From assembly GCA_965655465.1 (NCBI GenBank), contig CBFHGY010000005.1:1-54638 (forward strand): 54,638 nt of DNA, in the 5' to 3' direction. Both the position numbers and the translations under genes were made by a program. The stretch is from Bacteroidia bacterium (lineage in GTDB: Bacteria; Bacteroidota; Bacteroidia; NS11-12g; UBA955). The notes under the pieces were generated by a model that was not told the origin of the DNA, did not search any database, and saw nothing but the letters and a program-made list of their open reading frames with translations. Within the stretch, counting starts at the first letter, position 1. Each line of letters opens with the position of its first letter. Shown piece by piece: positions 46,071 to 54,638 of this stretch.

Positions 46071-48593
46071 ATGCGCACACATTTAACCACTTTTATAACG
46101 GCTTGTTTGCTGCTTATAGGCTCTTCGGGAATTGCGCAACCCGCTCAATACCTAACGATTGTTGTCACTGAAAAGTCTTCCGGTGACCCCATCCCCTTTG
46201 CCTCAATTTCTTTAAAGTCAAAATCGTTGCAAGTGGAAACTGACTTCAACGGGAAGGTTCGAATTGCTTTGCCTCAGACGGATTCGGACACCCTTGTTTG
46301 CTTTTTTACTGGTTATACAACGCTTAGTAAACCATTAGATTCCGTTCGAAAATCAACCTTTCTGAAATTAGAAATGGAACGCGAAATTGTTCGTAGTCAA
46401 TCCGTTTCTATTTCCTTAGGAATCAACCCTGCACACAGATGGATCCGATTAGCTCAACAAAATCGCAATCTACATAACCCCCTTAATTTTCCGGGCCATT
46501 CTACATTGCTGAGAACACAAAATACGATTGCCCTAAATAATATCTCTTCAAACTTCTTCCATAAAAAATTGGGCAGTTCTCTTCACGAACTTTCCGATAC
46601 GCTTAGTTATGTGAGTGGCGATTCTGCCCAACGTGTATTGCCCGTTTTCCATTCTGAAACGATCAGTAGAATTTTTCAACAATCGAACCCTTATAAACAA
46701 CAAGAGTTTATTCTAGGTAGCCGGGTTCACGGCGTTGGCGTCGATCAGGGCGAATTTATTTCGCAATTAACCGGTTCTGCACTCCTTACCTATAATATAT
46801 ATAAGCCTATCCTCACTTTTTTGGAAAAAGGAATTCCTTCTCCTATTTCCGATGCTGCCTTCAATGCATATAATTATGAACTTATTGGTGTCGATAAATC
46901 CAAAAAACTTCGTGAATTTTTAGTGCGTATTACCCCACAAAATGAACAAGATGTGGCTTTCAGTGGAATTATTTGGATACAAGAAGTTTCAGGTGCGATT
47001 ACCCGATTTGTACTCGAATTACAAGGTACTTCTAATTTGAATTACATCGATCGCATCAAAATTTCACAAGAACACGTTATCGATACAAACTTCCAGAATA
47101 GATGGGTCCTTAAACACGGAAGGATCTCCTTCGACCTAGAAGACTTGAATAAAAAGGCGGCAAGTATCATCGCGCTAAATGAAATTTCCGTAATTTCATA
47201 CCGATTAGAACCCTTTGTTGCCGATAGTATAGGAACTCAACGCATTGTTAAAGATGATGACGCCCATAATCGCGATACCAGTTTTTGGGCTAATTTTAAT
47301 TTTTTGAATCCCAATGAAGCCTACAAACGTATACACGAACAAATTGATTCCGTAAAAGCAATCCCAATTGTAGCCAAAGGGGTGAGCTTAGTTAATGTCA
47401 TGGTCGACGGATACTATGGACCCGGACTGCCCATTGAATTCGGGCCTTATTTCCTTATCGCCGGATACAATCCGTTAGAAGGCATTAGAACTCGATTGGG
47501 CTTCCGGACTTCCTACCGGCTGTCTGAAAAATGGCAGTGGGAAAGCTTTATTGGATATGGATTTAGAGATAAAGAAATCAAATACGGTGCTAAGTTCAGT
47601 TGGCATCCCAATCCTAAAAACGGCACTTATTTTAAACTTTCCCATGCACAAGATGTAGAACTTATTGGATTTTCCGATAACGATGCGGTTTCTAGTGGAG
47701 ATGCTTTAGTAACGGCCTTGAATATGTTCTCTAACACTTCGGTTACCTATTGCGAATCAGAAAAATTGGAGATAGGCACCGATATCGCAAGGGGATTAAC
47801 GCTTTCCAGTGTTTTGTCACATAGACGATATTCACTTCCCAGCAATCAACGCGTTCAACTTGCTTGGTACGATTCCTTACCCAGTCAACGCATTGGTTTT
47901 AACCTTAACAATGCTACTGCCACCTTAAAAATTCGCTACGAACCCAAAGTTTTTTACTTGATTCGCCGTGGTCGCCGCAAAAAAATAAGTCCTTCCGGAC
48001 CCATTTATACCCTTTCCTACATGCAAGGTATCAAAGGTTTCTTGGGAAGCCGATTTGATTATTTTCGGATAGCAACACAGGCCGACCACCAGAAAGTCTG
48101 GGGTCGATTTGGTCGCACCTTAACCCGTATTCAAGCCTCTAAAGTTTTTGGCGCCATTCCTTTCCCACTTTTAGATATCCCTTTGGGAAATCAATCCTTG
48201 GTACTCAATAACCGTTCATTTAATCAAATGCAGTTGTTTGAATTCGTTGCAGATCAAACCATTCAATGGCAAATTTCCCATCAATTTAACGGCTACTTTT
48301 TCAATCAAATCCCCCGACTTTCGAAGTTAAAATGGCGCGAAGTGATCCATACAAAAGGCATTTGGGGTAGTTTAAGTGCTGAAAACGCGGCATTTATCCC
48401 TCAGGAAATTCCAGGAGACCAACCCATTATTCCCATTCATGGATTCGGTGGGAAACCTTACCTAGAAGCGGGAGTAGGCATTGAAAATATGTTCCGATAT
48501 TTCAGAATTGATGCGATTTGGAGACTCACCCATAGAGACGCATTTCCCGATAGAAATTTTGGAGTGAAACTCTCGGCATTTGTAAAATTCTAA
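46071..48593 (+). CDS. DUF5686-family outer-membrane protein with an N-terminal CarboxypepD_reg-like domain
   Basis: GDPIPFASI...TDFNG...FTGY N-domain; SPISD, YNPLEGIR, PYLEAGVGIENMFRYFRIDAIWRLT, terminal Phe; TAGTTTTG -7 element at 46057-46064. Confidence 0.82.
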   Translation: MRTHLTTFITACLLLIGSSGIAQPAQYLTIVVTEKSSGDPIPFASISLKSKSLQVETDFNGKVRIALPQTDSDTLVCFFTGYTTLSKPLDSVRKSTFLKLEMEREIVRSQSVSISLGINPAHRWIRLAQQNRNLHNPLNFPGHSTLLRTQNTIALNNISSNFFHKKLGSSLHELSDTLSYVSGDSAQRVLPVFHSETISRIFQQSNPYKQQEFILGSRVHGVGVDQGEFISQLTGSALLTYNIYKPILTFLEKGIPSPISDAAFNAYNYELIGVDKSKKLREFLVRITPQNEQDVAFSGIIWIQEVSGAITRFVLELQGTSNLNYIDRIKISQEHVIDTNFQNRWVLKHGRISFDLEDLNKKAASIIALNEISVISYRLEPFVADSIGTQRIVKDDDAHNRDTSFWANFNFLNPNEAYKRIHEQIDSVKAIPIVAKGVSLVNVMVDGYYGPGLPIEFGPYFLIAGYNPLEGIRTRLGFRTSYRLSEKWQWESFIGYGFRDKEIKYGAKFSWHPNPKNGTYFKLSHAQDVELIGFSDNDAVSSGDALVTALNMFSNTSVTYCESEKLEIGTDIARGLTLSSVLSHRRYSLPSNQRVQLAWYDSLPSQRIGFNLNNATATLKIRYEPKVFYLIRRGRRKKISPSGPIYTLSYMQGIKGFLGSRFDYFRIATQADHQKVWGRFGRTLTRIQASKVFGAIPFPLLDIPLGNQSLVLNNRSFNQMQLFEFVADQTIQWQISHQFNGYFFNQIPRLSKLKWREVIHTKGIWGSLSAENAAFIPQEIPGDQPIIPIHGFGGKPYLEAGVGIENMFRYFRIDAIWRLTHRDAFPDRNFGVKLSAFVKF

Positions 48594-48602
48594 AAATTTC
48601 AA

Positions 48603-49019
48603 TCAAGAATTTCGATGTTGTATCAATCGAAATCCGCCCCAAAACCATGCGCCTATTAAAATCAATCCGCCTATGGGCGTAACCGCTCCCAAAATTCTAA
48701 AGCCCGATCCGATAACTTCGTTTAAAGATACCAATACCAGGGTACCCGTAAAAAGGATGGCTCCGATACCGATCCATCGCACTACCCCCCAAGGTTTATA
48801 AAATACCTTACTAAGTGCATCCCCTTCCTTGATGCGTTCCACAAATGCCAACAAAGCCATTATTCCCAGCATATTGTACATCCAATACTTCCATGCCGTT
48901 TCCCAAACAGACAAATAACGCGGGCTCAAAACACCTTCTAATGCATGTGCACCCAAAGCTCCTGCTCCTATTCCAAGGGCAAGGCCCATCATGGACCATG
49001 CAATACCATTCTTTCTCAT
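48603..49019 (-). CDS. DUF423 (YgdD/TMEM256) family membrane protein
   Basis: GALGAH, WETAWKY, LGAVTPIGG; four hydrophobic segments. Confidence 0.85.
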   Translation of the reverse strand: MRKNGIAWSMMGLALGIGAGALGAHALEGVLSPRYLSVWETAWKYWMYNMLGIMALLAFVERIKEGDALSKVFYKPWGVVRWIGIGAILFTGTLVLVSLNEVIGSGFRILGAVTPIGGLILIGAWFWGGFRLIQHRNS

Positions 49020-49174
49020 TTCAAAACCTATTTAAGAATAAATGCCCCATATCATAATTTACACAATCCCGTTTCAACCAATTGAGACCTATTATTTAAT
49101 GTCCCTCCTTAATTGAAACACGAATTTATTATTTTAATTACTACTTATTAACGTGTTTACAGCCATTACAAGAC

Positions 49175-51076
49175 TTACAATTGTGCCGCAATTCCCAAAC
49201 CTATCCATCTTGGCATCATGGGTACGCTGGCAATTTCTCGGTATTGTATATTGCCTAAATTCATCCCATTCAGATAGGCGTTCCAAGACTTCCCCCGAGA
49301 AAATTCCAATTTTGCATCGATTATATTGTAAGAATTGGAGCTAAATCGGGATATATGGCGCCAAATCCCGCTGAAATATAGTCCGGTTTGGTTCAATCCA
49401 TCGGGACCTTCCCATAATTTCACACGAAATCGCAGGGTATTTTGTAAGGGCATATAATTCAATGCATTTTTTGAATTCAAACCGGGCAAATCAAGTTGTG
49501 AGGATCGCAATACACACCCGTTCCAAACCAATTCAGTGCCCTCTGGCAAAATGGGTAAAAATTCCTTCAAACGGATTTCCCATTCGGCACCACGAAATTG
49601 CAAAGTACTTATATTTTCAGGCTTCCATTTCAAGGTATCGTTATTGCGGACCCAATCGATTATATCGGTATAGTCTTTTTGGAAAATCGAAAATTGCGCA
49701 CTCCATTTTCCTTTTTGATAACGGTAACCAAGCTCGGAATTGCGCGCTCGTTCCGATTTTAAATTCGGATTACTCAAATTAGCTCCGTCTTTATAATACC
49801 AATCGGTATAGGTGGGTAAGCGTTGGCCGGTACCAAAATTCCCCCATAACGAAGATGATTCCAGTATTTTGTACTGAAATTCTGCACCTGGATAAACCTT
49901 AAATCCTATAAAATCCGTATGTAAGGCATACCCCCCAATCGTCGTACTGAATTCGGGTGTCCATTGATGAATATATTCACCGTATACGCCTAAAATTTCG
50001 CGGCTATGATTGCCTAAATTATTACTCGTGATTTTTTCACTTCTGGATTCAATTCCAAAGGCCAATCTAGAATCATTGAAGAAATGCAAATAACTCGCTT
50101 CCATTTGAATTGCTTGATTCTGATGTTTATTTTGATAAAGTGTCGGATTGAATTGGGTATAAATATAATGGTCAAAATTCCATCTACCACTGGCCGTTAA
50201 CGTCAATTTATCTTTATCTCCCAAGTTAGATTGAAATTGTGCCGAAGCGAATTGGGTGTTTACCGTTTCTCGCGCATTGGAATCCCGCGGAGCCGCATAA
50301 AACAATCCCGCCCCAAAATCATTGTTATTGGTTCCGCCCAAAAGTGAAAATGAACCCAGTTCTCCTTCGTTCGATACCTTTAAAAAGGTGCGCAATTGTT
50401 CAAAATCCGTATTCCAACGATACCCGTTGCCCTTAAGTCCTTCTGCACCTCCCATTACCTGCCAGTTGCTAAATTCTCCTCCGGCAAATAATCGAAGTCC
50501 ACCATTGAGACCTGCATTCGGATTGTTATCCGTAATACCCATTCCAAAGCTCTCAAATGCGAAGGGCGTTTCGCTGTGTTTTTTAGTAATAATTTGCACG
50601 ACCCCACCTAAAGCATTTAGTCCGTAACGACGCGCGGCGGTACCCCGAATGACTTCGATGCGTTCAATCATTTGCAAGGGAACCGGTAAATTCATTTGGT
50701 GGTGACCGGTTTGAGGGTCTGTCATACGCACCCCATCAACCATTACTAAAACCTGATCAAAAGTACTTCCTCGAATACCTATATCGGATTGGGTGCCCAT
50801 GGGACCGCGTTGACGAATATCTATCCCACTTATGTAGGTCAATAATTCATTCACATTTTGTACAGGCAAGGCTTTAATTTCAGCTTGCGTAATAACCGTT
50901 ACGTGCATGCCAGATTCCGATAACCGCACGGGTAAGCGTGAAGAACTCAATTCAAGTTCGACCATAAGGCTGTAATCAGCGCCATTAAATTTCGAAGTGT
51001 CTGTGGTAGTTTGAGCCCTAATTAAGAAGCAATTAAGTGCGAAAAACGCAAAAAACAGTCGGGGGAAGATTTGCAT
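49175..51076 (-). CDS. TonB-dependent receptor (BtuB-like size, substrate unknown)
   Basis: Plug motifs IGIRGSTFDQVLVMVDG and IERIEVIRG; PTYTDWYY, NPNLKSE barrel motifs; start moved to MQIFPR. Confidence 0.9.
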   Translation of the reverse strand: MQIFPRLFFAFFALNCFLIRAQTTTDTSKFNGADYSLMVELELSSSRLPVRLSESGMHVTVITQAEIKALPVQNVNELLTYISGIDIRQRGPMGTQSDIGIRGSTFDQVLVMVDGVRMTDPQTGHHQMNLPVPLQMIERIEVIRGTAARRYGLNALGGVVQIITKKHSETPFAFESFGMGITDNNPNAGLNGGLRLFAGGEFSNWQVMGGAEGLKGNGYRWNTDFEQLRTFLKVSNEGELGSFSLLGGTNNNDFGAGLFYAAPRDSNARETVNTQFASAQFQSNLGDKDKLTLTASGRWNFDHYIYTQFNPTLYQNKHQNQAIQMEASYLHFFNDSRLAFGIESRSEKITSNNLGNHSREILGVYGEYIHQWTPEFSTTIGGYALHTDFIGFKVYPGAEFQYKILESSSLWGNFGTGQRLPTYTDWYYKDGANLSNPNLKSERARNSELGYRYQKGKWSAQFSIFQKDYTDIIDWVRNNDTLKWKPENISTLQFRGAEWEIRLKEFLPILPEGTELVWNGCVLRSSQLDLPGLNSKNALNYMPLQNTLRFRVKLWEGPDGLNQTGLYFSGIWRHISRFSSNSYNIIDAKLEFSRGKSWNAYLNGMNLGNIQYREIASVPMMPRWIGLGIAAQL

Positions 51077-51093
51077 ATTTCGCAAAAATAAGC

Positions 51094-53640
51094 CTAATCG
51101 TCTAAAGCCATATCAATAAGTTGCGCTACATGGTCTCGGTGTGCCCTTAACACATAGGTTTCTGTAACCCCTTTTGGCAAGGCCGATTGCATCCATTTTT
51201 CGATGCGCTTTACTTCTGCTAAAACATTGGCTTTTGTTACCCCATCAAAGCCGCTCTTTGCTTTCCAAATACCCAGTAGTTGCTCTGTATATGCTATCTG
51301 TAAGTTACGTCGCATGGTATTCGGCAAGGCGTCTAAATCTGACTTAAAAATGGCATCCGTTAGCGACTGTAGCATCTCCGATTGGGTGTACGTATTGCCC
51401 ACAAAATAGCTTTCATTAAGTCTGGATAAGGTAGTAGGATGTAATAAATGAGCCAACACCGATTTTTGGGTCATTAAAATACTTTGAAACACCGAAGGCA
51501 GTTCCGCTCTCGCAAAAAAGTCAAAACCGCGACGCTCAGATTGCAAATAATAGACCAATCCATCTGGGATTTTAAAAGCGTCCGGAGCAAAAATATGGGT
51601 TTCTAAAGCCTTCATAGCCCGTCGTTGATCTGCTGCCGCTACTGCTTGGTATGGCTTCTTATTATCGGTAAGTCCTGGCATAAACCGTTCAACATAAACC
51701 CCTCCGATATAACGAGAAATAATACCCGCATTCTTACCGTAATTCCCTAAGAGCAGATTGAAACTCTTACGCAATGGTTCGTAACTGTGTTGATCGTGTC
51801 CATAACGTGCCAATAAGCCCGGCATTAAAGACTCGGATAAGGCAATTTGTTGGGTGCAATGGGTAATGGCATCATTACTTAAATCGCCTACATTCACTCT
51901 GGGATCCATGGCTTTTCCGGGTGCCCGCATATCATCGGCATCGTTACCAAATGCATGTTCTGGCATAATACTGCGCATAGTAATTTGCTGTAAACGCGCT
52001 GCTTCAGCATCAGGATCCTCTAAAGCAACTGAATACCCGTAATCAATGGCCCACAAATCGTAGGGCCCTGGCTTTATTTGTTCATATTGCACTTTAATTT
52101 GATTATTCGGGGGAAGATTTATAGCCGGATAATCCATTACAGAACCTATTAGTCCGCGGTCGTAGGTCAATTCTGGATTCAACAATTCCTCAGGACTGTT
52201 CAACTGCGATGCTCTCATGTTGTGATTCAATCCTAATGTATGTCCCATCTCATGTAATATTAGATAGTGCACGGATTCTTCTAAAAGTCGGGTTAATTCA
52301 CCACTATCTAATTGGGTAATTTGGGCCCATGTTTGAGCTTTATTTAATTCCTCATGTAACAGTTTTCCAGCCGTACAAAATTCATGGTTTTCATGTCCTC
52401 TAGGAACCTCATAAACGTCGGTCAATCGCACTCTATTCGTTAGGAAAATATATTCGAGCATGATATCGGCACCGAGAATTTCGCCCGTGCGCGGATTCAC
52501 AAATGAGGGTCCATATCCGCCGAAAGGAGGATTGGGAGAGGAAGTCCATCTCAAAACATTGTAGCGAATATCACCCGCATCCCAAGTGGCGGTATCTGGT
52601 TGTTCATACACTTCAACCGCATGGATAAAACCGAGGGGTTCAAAGGCCTTATTCCATTCAAGAGCTGCATGTTTAATTATAGGTCTGAGGTATTTGGGCG
52701 TGGTATTTTCAATCCACCAAACGATGGGCTTCACGGGTACACTTTTTGCCAAATCTGGATCTTTTTTCTCCAAATTCCAACGGTGTATTACATCCTTATA
52801 ATTGGTATATCCCGTGGCTGTCATATCGTTAATTCTTTCGGTAAAATAACCAATTCGATAATCATCGCGACGGGGTTTGAAATTGTTTTGGGGAAGTTCT
52901 AAAATACTGTGTTGTAGGAGCACATTAACATAGCGATTGTCGGGAACAGACTCGCTGCCGCCTGTTGGTGCGGGATTATCGAATCCATAATTCACCACAA
53001 AATCTACATTTTCAGGATAGTTTTTAATGGTTTGATAAAAGGTTTTTTCCTTGGAAAGTTTTCCTAGTTTAAAGCCTTTCGCCGTACTGCGAGAGCTGGA
53101 ACCCACTTCGTGAAGTTTTTCAGTAAGAAATAAGGCATCCGCAGATATAAGTACGTTTCCAATAGTATCTTGTGCAGCTATTTTTTCAGAAGCAAGTATG
53201 GATTGGGAAATGTTGGCTTCAGCGGCTTTGGACACTTCGTTTTGGGGATCGAAGTAATAATTGGTATTGTGCTGAATGAGGTCGATTTGAGCATATCGGC
53301 GTTGAAAGCTGATAATTCTGCTACCGCGATAAGAGCCGCGGTGATGACCGGCTTCAATGACTCCATTTTCGGTATAGGTAAAGTGGATATATTCTTTGCG
53401 GAGTTGTTCCGGTTTTAACTTGAGGAAGAGTTCACCGCTTTGGGTATCTTGGTAAAGGTCAAAGATCCCGGGAATGTGTTTAAATCCTTTTATTTTTTCA
53501 GAGATATTGGGGATGGTATTGGGTGATTTTACTGCTTTGGGGGCTTGATTTTTTTTCGATTTTTTAGAACCAAACCATTGTGCATGAGCCGTATTAAGGG
53601 TTAAAATTGCGGCTACTAGACCTATACGAAATAAAGACAT
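51094..53640 (-). CDS. Secreted metzincin zinc metalloprotease (EcxA/DUF5117-DUF4953-like)
   Basis: HEMGHTLGLNH (HExxHxxGxxH), Met-turn SVMDY, WDAGDIRYN, NPRTGEILGADI; signal peptide from ATG 53640. Confidence 0.9.
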   Translation of the reverse strand: MSLFRIGLVAAILTLNTAHAQWFGSKKSKKNQAPKAVKSPNTIPNISEKIKGFKHIPGIFDLYQDTQSGELFLKLKPEQLRKEYIHFTYTENGVIEAGHHRGSYRGSRIISFQRRYAQIDLIQHNTNYYFDPQNEVSKAAEANISQSILASEKIAAQDTIGNVLISADALFLTEKLHEVGSSSRSTAKGFKLGKLSKEKTFYQTIKNYPENVDFVVNYGFDNPAPTGGSESVPDNRYVNVLLQHSILELPQNNFKPRRDDYRIGYFTERINDMTATGYTNYKDVIHRWNLEKKDPDLAKSVPVKPIVWWIENTTPKYLRPIIKHAALEWNKAFEPLGFIHAVEVYEQPDTATWDAGDIRYNVLRWTSSPNPPFGGYGPSFVNPRTGEILGADIMLEYIFLTNRVRLTDVYEVPRGHENHEFCTAGKLLHEELNKAQTWAQITQLDSGELTRLLEESVHYLILHEMGHTLGLNHNMRASQLNSPEELLNPELTYDRGLIGSVMDYPAINLPPNNQIKVQYEQIKPGPYDLWAIDYGYSVALEDPDAEAARLQQITMRSIMPEHAFGNDADDMRAPGKAMDPRVNVGDLSNDAITHCTQQIALSESLMPGLLARYGHDQHSYEPLRKSFNLLLGNYGKNAGIISRYIGGVYVERFMPGLTDNKKPYQAVAAADQRRAMKALETHIFAPDAFKIPDGLVYYLQSERRGFDFFARAELPSVFQSILMTQKSVLAHLLHPTTLSRLNESYFVGNTYTQSEMLQSLTDAIFKSDLDALPNTMRRNLQIAYTEQLLGIWKAKSGFDGVTKANVLAEVKRIEKWMQSALPKGVTETYVLRAHRDHVAQLIDMALDD

Positions 53641-53714
53641 AGGGTTGCAAATTAGCGTTTTAGGTGGAATATCGGGGCATCGAAAATATTTTTTAGACAC
53701 AAATATTTCAAAAC

Positions 53715-53747
53715 TTTGGACTAATTCCATTTTTTCAATTACCTTTG
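53715..53747 (+). promoter_or_regulatory. tRNA promoter, TTTG-N21-TACCTTTG
   Basis: Full Bacteroidota -33/-7 consensus with a 21-nt spacer upstream of the tRNA. Confidence 0.75.
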
Positions 53748-53793
53748 CACTCCGTTTGAGGGGAAAGAAATTCTCTTTTACATCAAACAAACC

Positions 53794-53867
53794 GCATGCG
53801 TAGCTCAATTGGATAGAGCATCTGACTACGGATCAGAAGGTTTGGGGTTCGAATCCCTACGCGTGCA
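53794..53867 (+). tRNA. tRNA-Arg(ACG)
   Basis: Acceptor stem GCATGCG/CGCGTGC, D-arm, anticodon stem TCTGA/TCAGA with ACG at 53828-53830, GTTCGAATC T-loop; CCA not encoded. Confidence 0.97.
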
Positions 53868-53872
53868 CGATC

Positions 53873-53900
53873 AAAGCCATCTTTTTAGGTGGCTTTTTTT
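53873..53900 (+). terminator. Intrinsic terminator after tRNA-Arg
   Basis: AAAGCCATC/GGTGGCTTT stem followed by a T run. Confidence 0.8.
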
Positions 53901-54351
53901 ATGCCTTTACCAGTGTTAATGCGTGTTTGGCCGATAGAAGAAAGAACGATTTAAAGTGCTTCTGCGCCAAACAAAATTAACTTAAAATGTGATAAAATCA
54001 TCCTTTTAACCTTGAAAATGAAGATTTTTGACGCAGTTTGAACGCAGTTTTCCTTTGGAACTTGCTAAAACCCAAACACTCACTAAAAAGAGTTAAGTCA
54101 CTGATTATAATAGGAAAAACACCAATATAAAACCCCAGAATCTCCTACCCTCACCCCCAAATTCCTATGTAAACGAGCGTGGGGGTTACTTATTCTTACC
54201 CCCCTATGTTGATTTCAGGATTCGGGTATTCCCCCGCTTTCCTAATATTTAAAGTTAATATAGCTATAGTTGAGTTAAACTTAACTAACCTAGCAACCCC
54301 ATATTAACAGATATCCTATTTTTCTTTCTGCTTGTGCTAAATAAAATAATT

Positions 54352-54638
54352 ATGAAAATTACAACAGCACAACGGAAAAGGGCTAGGATTCGATTGTCGA
54401 TTCAAGGTCCTAGTGGTAGTGGGAAGACGTTCTCTTCTCTACTTATTGCTAAAGGATTGGTAGGCGACTGGTCAAAAATCTGTGTTATCGACACGGAAAA
54501 CCACTCAGCTGATCTCTATTCTCACTTGGGAGCGTATAACGTTCTTTCTCTGGGGAAACCTTTCACGCCTGAGGCCTATGCTCAAGCCATTGAACTATGT
54601 GAGCAATCGGGTATGAAAGCCATCATCATCGACTCGTT
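54352..54638 (+). CDS. AAA_24-type ATPase, 5' part (runs off the window end; absent from the ORF track)
   Basis: Manual translation MKITTAQRKRARIRLSIQGPSGSGKT...CVIDTEN.SADLY...IIIDS: Walker A GPSGSGKT and Walker B IIIDS. Confidence 0.85.
   Translation, partial: MKITTAQRKRARIRLSIQGPSGSGKTFSSLLIAKGLVGDWSKICVIDTENHSADLYSHLGAYNVLSLGKPFTPEAYAQAIELCEQSGMKAIIIDS

Noticed and set aside
49071-49119. GTTTCAA, ATTGAGAC and ATTGAAAC motifs resembling CRISPR repeat ends
   Set aside because: Only 7-9 bp fragments; no full-length repeats, no regular spacers, and no cas genes in the window.
51077-51093. Cobalamin riboswitch upstream of the BtuB-like receptor
   Set aside because: The intergenic gap is only about 17 nt, too short for a riboswitch.
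53641-53808. Extended N-terminus of the metalloprotease ORF, and similar extensions for htrA, mraZ, mraY, murD and dnaB
   Set aside because: These are longest-ORF artefacts. The extension here overlaps the tRNA and its promoter; downstream ATGs give proper signal peptides or family N-termini.

Overview
This is a chromosomal segment from a Bacteroidota bacterium: TAnnTTTG (-7) promoters are frequent, I saw no Shine-Dalgarno motifs at the starts I inspected, one protein carries a T9SS C-terminal sorting signal, and FtsZ ends in LHDNVD. Most of the window is housekeeping: 5' part of clpC, dnaB, htrA opposite an ECF sigma/anti-sigma/dapF operon, lipA, the Bacteroidota-type dcw cluster (mraZ-rsmH-ftsL-ftsI-murE-mraY-murD-ftsW-murG-murC-ftsQ-ftsA-ftsZ), lhgO, sucB and several transporters and glycosyltransferases. 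The most notable region is a tightly packed five-gene minus-strand operon at about 39.8-45.9 kb. It encodes a membrane-anchored coiled-coil protein, a short GldL/PorL-like subunit, two different tandem GldM/PorM-like subunits, and a beta-helix plus DUF6089/PorG-like barrel fusion, with no gldK or gldN in the locus. I interpret it as a candidate non-canonical proton-driven GldLM-type motor with a heterodimeric rotor. The window ends with tRNA-Arg(ACG) and the start of an AAA_24-type ATPase, probably the edge of an integrated element. All family assignments come from motif recognition and recall; no database searches were run.
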